Below the pieces are notes generated by a model that was not told the DNA's origin, made no database searches, and saw only the letters and a list, made by a program, of their open reading frames with translations. A stretch of DNA of 64,000 bases. Origin: Chrysomallon squamiferum. Its lineage: Eukaryota > Animalia > Mollusca. Below, in pieces: positions 54,323 to 64,000 of this stretch (positions within the stretch are counted from its first letter, which is position 1; every line of letters begins with the position of its first letter). The DNA lies in the NCBI GenBank assembly GCA_012295275.1, contig CM022676.1:6510001-6574000 (forward strand). The letters are read 5' to 3'. The position numbers and the translations under genes are program-made.

Positions 54323-54960
54323 TATAATGATGTGCTATATAATAGGAAGAAAATAATAATAATCGTCATTTCCTAATCATCATTATCATTGCCATCATCA
54401 TCATAATTGTTATTATTCTTTTTGTTTTTTATTGGAAATATGTTAATATTTTTGTTCTTAAGTTTTTGTTTGTTCTTGTTATAATTTATCAGTCATTTTA
54501 ATACTGCAGTTTATTGGTTATTTCCTCTTTCTTTTTCTGTTCTTATTTTATAATCTAAAAGGGACATATGACAAATGAAATTTACTTTTATACTGACTGG
54601 ATGTTAACATGTCATCATCAGAAAGGCTTTATGTAACTTAAGAATGGGAAACAAATGAAAAGTCTTCTTGTTCTCAATTAGTATTTATCATAATAAAAAA
54701 TAATCAAATAATAAATAAATAAATAATACTACTAATAATAATACTAAAAATAAAATAATAATAATAATAATAATAATAACTTTAATGAAGAAAAAAAAAT
54801 ATATTTGACTAAAACCTTTTGTCTTTATATATCTATTACCAAATTCTGATTAAGAACGATAAATTTTATTGCAATGAATGAACAAAATATTCCTAATGTT
54901 ACTTTGTTTTTAATTTATATCACCCTTTATATCTTTATAATTCTTTGTACTTCAACACGT

Positions 54961-55029
<69 letters not shown>

Positions 55030-57576
55030 GAATAATAAAACATTTTTCAAGTTACAAAATATTTGTTTTAAATTTGAATCCTTCATTGCTAATTAAACTG
55101 TACCACTGGTGGCACACACCCCCCCACCCCCATAGTTTCTCTCTATGCAGGAATAGGAGGGCAGCTAGCCCAGCCCCTTTTGTGGCCACCCTGGTGCCCA
55201 ATTTTCAGAAAATACCCGCCCTCATTTGACTGAATTTTCAATGAAAGTGCTGGTATTGCCTCAAATCCATCAACAATTTTTGTCGTCTTTAGGCATCAGT
55301 TTTATCAAGCAATAAACCAAAATGAACATCAGTTTTTAGTGCCAATAAACAAATACGAACTGCATTTCCTTAAGATAGTTTCTTTATTCAAAATAAATAA
55401 AAACCATTACATCAAATCTAAGTAAAACATATATATAAAACTGATTACCAATATTCTATTTATTACAGTAAACAGTACATTACTGTATTAACAATATAAT
55501 ATATATGTGTAGTACAAATGATACAGATAATAATATTATTTTACTTGTATGATTTTACTGTGCAAAAATTTTAGATTGTTAGTTACTGTTATCAAAAAAT
55601 TTCTCAGCTTTGATATTCATTAATCAAACAGGATGGTCGGTTATCACAGCTATATATTTCCAAAACCAGTTCAGATAACAGAAATCTGTTTTTTGAATTT
55701 ATTGATCCTTTTCTTTTCATTTAGCTAAATATAAATAATTTTATCCAATTTGTTCAATATCCATAATTTTCCTGTATGATAATTACAATTTACAGTCACC
55801 CTTGGTGATTCAGAAATTGCATAAACTATTCTGTAACCATTCTCTGGATTTTCAGTAAACTTTCTCTTCATGGTTCACAAATTAAAAGAAGTAACATTTA
55901 TGGAATAAAATCATTTTTCTTTTTCTTTATCTACCAATAACCTCGATTCAAGAAAGCATTTATCTTGGAATCTGTGACTCTTTTTGTCACAAAGAAAAAG
56001 GTTATTTTAATAAGGGTAAATTTTAATATGCATGTTCAGAGTTCAGATATTTTATTAATTTCAAATATGTCCATCTGACAGCATTTAAATCACTTTACAC
56101 ATTTCACTCTGGTTAAATACTGTAGATGGATCAAAAGACAATTTGCATAATTTTGCATAATTTAATTTCTAAAACTGAAAGAAAAGAACTGAACAATAAT
56201 TTTGAGACAAATGCTGATATTTTGTTTCAAATTTTTTATTCAAATTGTAAAAATTAAAAAATAATAAATAGATATATAAATAAAATAAAAAATAAAAAAT
56301 AATAATAAAAACAAAAAATATAGATGTAAATGAGAAATTCTGATTCTTATTTTTAAAATAAAATATATGTATTTTTTTAAACAAGTTTTATTGAGGAACA
56401 AAATGTTGAAGGATAACAACAGCAAAAATCTGTGTGCAAATGTGATATTTAAATCATTCTTTCTACAGAAGAATGTCAAACACAAATAAAAAAACTTAAT
56501 AATAAAATAATTTTCTTACAACTCTTAAGTAATGCATGTGTATCATGCATGTTTGTTTCTTATAGACAGACCTTATAAAATTAAAAAATTAAAAATATTG
56601 CTGTCATTCTCTCGAAAAGTAGAAAATTAGGAAGAAGGTATTTTTTCATTCAATTTGGTCAAAGAGAAAAATGGTCCAGTAGACAAATTTTTACTTTTAT
56701 ATAATTTTTATTTTGTAATTAAAAAAAATAAAATAATAAAAATAATAAATGTTTAATAATTAGAAACTAGACATGGCCTTCACTAGCAGCTAAAATATGG
56801 GATTAACCAAAATGGAAATGCTTCTACAGAATTTATTATATCAATAAAATGGTTATGGTTATGTGATTCAGAAATCAGCAATAAGAATCAGAATGGAAAT
56901 GATCATTTTCTAATATGGAATGAGGTGAAACCTTTATATTATTTATTATGATTTTCTTCAGAAAAATATAAATATAATAATGACAACTAAATTATTAATT
57001 ATAGGAATATAAATATTGCTGCTGCTATTATAAATAAATATAATAATGATTACTAAAACAAAAATTAAAAAAAAAAAAAAAAGAAATTGGGGGTTTCCAT
57101 TAACATTTAATAATTTTGTCTTTCTTTCTTGCTTTCTTTTCTTTTCTTTTCTTTTTTTTTTTCTGTCTCATTTAAGTTATATTTGGTAAATACAGGACAA
57201 AAATTTGAATTGTAATAAACAAAATAAAAATAAATTACAAGACACAAAAATCTCTGTTGTATCAAACAGACCAACTATTTCTTAAACTGCCTGAATAAAA
57301 TATTTCAAATATTTCTTTTTATAAACTACAGAATAATAAAACATAATCTTAACTGAAACAGGCAAAATAAGAACTTTCAACATTCCTTAAATTTTAAATG
57401 ACCTTGGTCACAGGATTTATATAAATGAAAAATATTGGTTATTTAAATATTTTTAATTATGAGATATAGAGATGAGATCCTTATTTACAAGGTAGAAGAA
57501 GACACATCTGTAAACTTGATTTAAATATTTTATTCAGCTGAATATTATTGCATATCTGACAAGGGACATTCTGAAA

Positions 57577-57626
<50 letters not shown>

Positions 57627-58887
57627 CTGGATGATTATAAGTAAAGAAATAAAGAAAGAAATAAATAAAAATATTTAAAAATTAAATAAGAGTGACATTT
57701 TGAGAAATTCATTTATAAAAAGGAAAAAATAAAAGGAAAAATGTTTAACTGATAAAGCAAAAAATAATAATAATAATAATAAAAGTTAATTAACCACAAC
57801 AGATGGCAGAAAATCTTATTACATGTTAATTTTATTATAATTGATACATACTTGATTTTCATAAATGCTTCATAAATAAGTTAATAAATAAAAATAAAAC
57901 AAACACTAACCTAACAAATAAAAAATCATTAAATTAAATAAATTAAAAACAATAATAATAAAAATTAAAATTAAAATAAAGAAAGAAATAAAAAAAATTA
58001 AAATTAAAATAAATAAATAAATAAATGTGTATAAAACAAACAAACAAACAAATAAAATGTTATACACTTGTTAACAATTTTAACCATGGATTGAAGAATG
58101 ATCATCTCATTATAACTATATTTTTATTTTAGAGAGAAAAGAGAGGAGATGATAAAACATTAACTGATACCATCAGTGTGAATACATGGATCCATCTGAA
58201 ATAAAAAAATAAAATAAAATAAAACTATATATATATAAAATATAAAACTATATATTATATATAAAATCATATTCTTTCAGTTATGGCTCCATAAAATTAT
58301 CAGTACTTTTAAATAATAATAATAACAACAACAGGAACAACAACAACAACTTACTTGCCAGAATATATGTAAAACCTAATATACTGTATCAATCAAATTC
58401 AATTCACAAAAATATCAATTGTATATAAAAACAAAATATTATTTGGACATTAACTGATTTAGTTGCCTAAAATGTTTATAATGATGAATTATTTCTTATT
58501 AAAAGCGATATTTATAAATAATATATTTCAAATAAAAGTAAAATGCTTAAAAAACAAAAAAAGAGACTGAGGTATTAAAGTGTGTGTGTGTTTGTGTGTG
58601 TGCGGGGGGGGGGGGGAGATTGTGACTATTTTGTCGTCTGCTATTGTACCACTAAATATGACAAAAAAAAGTATTTTAAACCTTTCTGGTTTAGCATGGA
58701 AACTGCCCATATTGTGCAAATTATTGGTGCCGGATAAACCTTTTTTTTTTTTCAAATGAAATATTTTAAAGATTAAACTAAAATGAGATTATATGATCAA
58801 CATTTGAAAAATCGAGTCGTGATGTAGAACTCAAGCGAGGAGCGAAAAATATTTGAGAAATGAAACACGCATTATCTCCCTTTAACA

Positions 58888-61353
58888 ATGGCGGCGTTTG
58901 TAAATTTTACGAGCACTCGAGTTATAGATAAACAAAAACAGGCTGTTCGTGAAGCCAGACAAAGTGTTCTTGAAAAGGTAAATATATATTATATTTCGTA
59001 AAATAAACAGACGTGTGTTCTTGATATAAAATATAGGGAAATGCTTGTTATTATAAGTGAATGCCTGACACTTGTGACAGCCATTGAATCAAAACCAAAT
59101 TAAGAAGTTTAAAATCTTGCTGATTGATCGATTACATCTAGTTACTAATTTATATGATCATATACAAGTTATAACATTTAGCATTTTTACATGTCATGTT
59201 AGTTTTTTTTTTATTTTTATATTTATTATTTATATATAGTAAAATTGATAACTTGAGTATACTATTACGTATTAGCATTATTTAATTGATTCAATAGGCG
59301 AAAAGAAAACATGATCAGCTTGAAAAACGTGCTCAGGAAGCTAAACTGCGAGGAGAGGACACTTGGATGTTGTCTTCAGTGGATAAAAGGATCAAAACAG
59401 AAGAACAAGTAATTATAATTTTTTCTGTTCTTTTTGTTTTATCCCATAAACGGTAATACATGATAATTATAACTTGATATAACTTCTAATTTAGCATTAC
59501 TGGCCACAATGAATGGGTATGTTACCATGTTACATTATGTATGAAAAATAATCTCTGATAAACTTTCAGCTGTGTCAAATTCGATTTCCCATAAAGGGCA
59601 TCCACTCAGAACTTTTGAATTTGATGGCCATGATGATGATGGTTAAATTAGAAAATATTAATTCTTTAGAGAAGAATATACATTAAAAAAATGCTGAATA
59701 GATTATATAAATATTTAATAAATACATATTTCTTTATTTACAGATATTTATTTCCATAATATTTCATATAATTCTATGGTAATATTGAAAATATGACTTT
59801 ATCCTTTCATTTGCCCATTGACTAAATATAGATTGTATTTTACAGTTTCTTATTCTCATTCTAACCTCAGGAATATGAAAAAGCCAAACAGAGACATAAA
59901 AAGGAGAAGAAAAAGAAGAAAAAACACAAAAAGCACAAGAAGAAGAATGATGTATCAACTGGGAGTGATTCGGTATATTAAATTACAAAATTATATCTGT
60001 CTGTCTGTATGTTTATGTAAACATATTTCATTTAATTATAAAAAAAACTAATTTATATATATATATATTATATTATTATTATTAAGAATTATTTTCAATT
60101 TAATCAGTAGAAATATATTATTAAGATATTTTCTGAAATCTAAAATGACTTTCCACTTTGATCATATTCTGTAATTATGAACAGTGTGACTAATGACAAT
60201 CCTCTTGTTTCATAATTATTGAAATAAATGTTTTGCTACATTAAATTTAGACAATATTTTTGTATGCTATTTTAATTTTAATATTATTTCAGGATTCTGG
60301 TTCAGAACCGCAGTGGGTAGAGAAAACTTCAAAATCAGATGATAAACAGTCAGAAAAAGCCACAGAGCCAGTGATAGGCCCAACCTTGCAGGTAATACTG
60401 CTCCAGGCTCAATCACAAAAAATTGCTCTCATATGTTACTTACTGAAGAAAAATAGAGATTATTGTATTAAGAGATAGTTATTTAATTTCACTAATTTGA
60501 ATAGTTAGTAACAAAAAAATGGTTTTTAAAAATAATGGAACTGTGTTTGTACTTTAAGCTAGCAATTGAACTAAGTGACTCCAGCAATTGTTGTTACATT
60601 TTCTTTAAACAGACACTGAAATTGTCCTTCAAACTATAATGTGTGATTTAAACACAAAACCAGTTTTAAACCAGTACATTAAAAAAAACAGCAAAAAAAC
60701 CACCAAAACAAACAAAAGTAACTAGGATGATGAATAAAACTGTGTTTTTTGTTTGTTTTTTTTGAAGAGAGAGAGCTGGATGGAATGTCCGTTTGATATT
60801 TTGCCTACAGAGTGCAGGAAGGAATCGAGACAAGAACAGAGGAAGAAAAAAGAAATGGAAAAGAGAGCTGAAGCAGAGAAAGTAAGATATTATCATGTGT
60901 TACATCAGCAATTTGTAATCAGATTAAATCTCTCACTGCTAGCCACATTTGAGTTAAGTTTGTTTGCTTGTGTACATGGACAAACATACACATACATATA
61001 TCAAGGTAAAAAGTACACATAACAGACACATGCACACTGACATTCAAAACAGACAGATATGCATAACACACAAAATACATCCATATATATAAAACAGATT
61101 CATATACACAGAGAGACAAACATATAGACATACAAAACACACACGCACACACATACACACACACACAAAGAGAAACAAAACAGACATACAACATACACAC
61201 ATACACAAACAAAACACCCATATTATTGAAAACAATAAATAATGTGTAAATACATGTTATATGAAAGGATAAGGGAAGCCAGTATATAGTTTTATCTGGC
61301 TTTTTTTGTTTTCCTTCTACTTCTTCTTCTTTTTATATCGTATATACAAATAC

Positions 61354-61388
<35 letters not shown>

Positions 61389-62175
61389 TTAACCAGTTAA
61401 TGACATATATTAAAAAAAGATGAAAATTGAAAAGATGCAGTTGCCATTACTTCATTTATTTCTTCTTATTAATACTTTAATTATTTATTTACTAGGTATT
61501 TTATTATTTTAATTATTTATTTATTAGATATTTTATTATTTTAATTATTTATTTATTAGATATTTTATTAATTTAATTATTTATTTATTAGATGTTTTAT
61601 TATTTTAATTATTTATTTATTAGATATTTTATTATTTTAATTATATTTTTTTTCTCTCAGCTTGGGCAGCATGAACGAGAACTGAATCCATACTGGAAAG
61701 ATGGAGGAACTGGTCTGCCAGAAGAGCAGATCAAACCATCATCCAAACCAGTTGTTGGCATTGGCGACGGAGGGTTGTCATGGTTACGTAAAAGCTACGA
61801 GAGATGCAAACAACAGGCAGCTGATGAAGGCCGAAGTTTAGAAGATGTAGCAGCAGAGAGATTTGGAGTAAGGTCTTCTTTCTTTTTTGAGGATGACATT
61901 GAAAGTTTCAGTCAGCAGGATGTCTCAATAATTCAAGAATATTGTAAATAATTTAAGTTCAGGATATTTTTAGTGATTATTAATGACATATTTCATTAAG
62001 AATTTCCATTTCATACTACAGATAAATAATTAAAAATTCTTAATGCCTAAATTCATATATTTTTCTTAACATATTCATCAGTCTGTCTCAAATCTTTTTG
62101 TGTTTCTACCAGCATCTGTATCAATATCTTTTCCATCTATCTATCTTGATGTCCTCTATACTTCTTGTACACACA

Positions 62176-62242
<67 letters not shown>

Positions 62243-63550
62243 TCTCACACATTTTCAACATTTTATTTTAACATTAAATTACCAGTAAACCAAAACTTTA
62301 CACACACAGACAAGCCTGTATTTATTTTTAGGATATTTAATATTTTTATTTCAATCTCTTATTTTTAGTCTTTAAAAAAAATATATGGATAAAATGATTC
62401 AAGAACAAACATGTAAAAATTTGGTAGAGAATCACAAACACACACAACCATATATAACAGAGAAGAAAGATTTTAATAAATGTCGGGTCTTTAAAAAACA
62501 AAAGACAGGGACAATAGGTCAAAAGGTAAACCATATAACAGGATAAGAGGAGGTCAAGGTCACCAGATGACTGGTCTCCAAGACATGATGACTGGCCAAA
62601 AAGAGATAATTCTAGAAAAAAACAGTTCATGAAACCTGAACATTCAGACAATTATCTTAATGACACTTCAAGAGATAGCAGAGAAAGGGAAAGACATTTT
62701 ATTAAACCTGATGATTCTAGGTATGAAAGGTCAAGGTCAAGTTCTTCCAGTCAAAGGAGATTTGTGAAACCAGGTGATATATCAGAATCATCATCATCAT
62801 CAGGGTCAAGGTCAGATCATTCGGGTCAGAGGAGATTTGCAAAACCAGGTGAAATTTCAGAATCATCTTTGGGGTCAAGATCAAAATATTCAAGGTCAAG
62901 GTCAGATCATTCTTCAGAGCCACGATGGAAGAAACAAGGATTTAGGAAACCTGTGGATGAATCAAAAGATGATAGACAAGAAAAAAGAAATACTGAGAGC
63001 AGAGAATCAGAAAGGCAAAGGTCAAGGTCTCACCATAGGTCAAGGTCAAGTAAGTGAAAAGTTTTACTTCTTTAACACTGAAATGATATTTTTATTTTTT
63101 TTATTTTAATGTCTATTTAAATACTTCAGCTAATAATTCCAACAGGAAAATATATATATATATATTCTTTTATAATGCTAAAGACTTTTATGTATATAAT
63201 TCAGTACAACTATAACATGACTTAATTTCTTACTCAGATATGTATAAATTGACATCTAATTTATAAGTATATATCTAACAGTATTTATATAAATAATGTG
63301 TGTGTGTATGTATAGTATCAGAATTTATCTGTAGATATATAATTTTGTATTTATTTATTTAATTATATTTTTTGAAGGTCCTTCACCCAGTCCACCCAGC
63401 AGCAGTAGTAGTAGTAGTAGTGATTCCAGTGATGACAATGTCGATGATGTTGAGGATGTCCCTGTGCAGAAGAAACCAGTTGTTTTGTCTGAAAAAGAAA
63501 TGAATGAACTTGGAGCGAAAATTCTAAGAGCAGAAATAATGGGAGACGAG
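58888..63550 (+). CDS. CWF19L2: CWF19-like protein 2 (spliceosome/lariat-associated), 5' part; gene continues beyond the window
   Basis: Exons: 58888-58977, 59298-59408 (LRGEDTWML), 59871-59972 (Lys-rich), 60293-60391 (QWVE), 60768-60881 (RESWM), 61661-61867 (ERELNPYWKDGGTGLP..GDGGLSWLRKSY..AAERFG), 62369-63049 (RS-rich; 5' part frameshifted) and 63378-63550 (EMNELGAKILRAEIMGDE). All are GT-AG. These motifs are characteristic of CWF19L2. Confidence 0.92.
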
Positions 63551-64000
63551 GTAGGAAATGAAAATTTCATCTTTGCTTGTCAGTAACATTTTTGTTAATT
63601 TTAAAATTTTGTTTTAGAGATTTATTTATTTTTATGCTGTTTGTTTTTAATGATAGCAGTAGTTAATGATGTGTTGATTAGTATTTCTGTCCAGTTAGTT
63701 GAATATAAAATCACGTTACTTTTTCTGTTTTTTGTTCTGTTTATATTTTTGTGTTTTTCTGCATTTTCGTCAATATCTCTGTTTTATCTCTCTTTCTCTA
63801 TCTCTGAGAATATGTATAAATGTGTGTACATGTATATATGTATATGTATATATACATATATACATCTGAATATATGTAGATATGTTGATATATATGTATG
63901 AATATAAACATATATTTGTGGTTATGTGTTTGTGTACGATATGTATTTGTATATATTTGTATATCTATTTTTTTACCTGTCCATCTATGTGCACACACAC

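Overview
AT-rich eukaryotic (animal) genomic DNA saturated with microsatellites. The style suggests a mollusc, possibly a cephalopod, but that is inference only. Most ORFs in the supplied track are microsatellite artefacts. Supported gene content: (1) a small cluster of intronless, compact class-A GPCR-like 7TM genes: an intact copy at 6978-7757 (-), a near-identical duplicate at 12590-13369 (-) with one in-frame TGA, an 18-codon 5' fragment at 9589-9643 (-), and a divergent paralog at 26853-27680 (+); (2) a five-exon Eph-receptor-like gene (30084-43687, +) encoding a signal peptide, ligand-binding domain and Cys-rich region, ending in a short hydrophobic GPI-signal-like tail with no FN3, transmembrane, kinase or SAM exons visible; (3) a single-coding-exon BTB/POZ + 8 zinc finger gene (52104-54322, +) split by a 1-nt frameshift; (4) the first eight exons of CWF19L2 (58888-63550, +), which runs off the window end. 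Non-genic features include a Tigger/pogo deletion derivative, several minisatellites, a ~430-bp fold-back, and old inverted/direct duplications. Frameshifts at A-runs in three genes suggest consensus errors in the assembly. The strongest novelty candidates are the kinase-less, putatively GPI-anchored Eph ectodomain and the minimal 7TM family.
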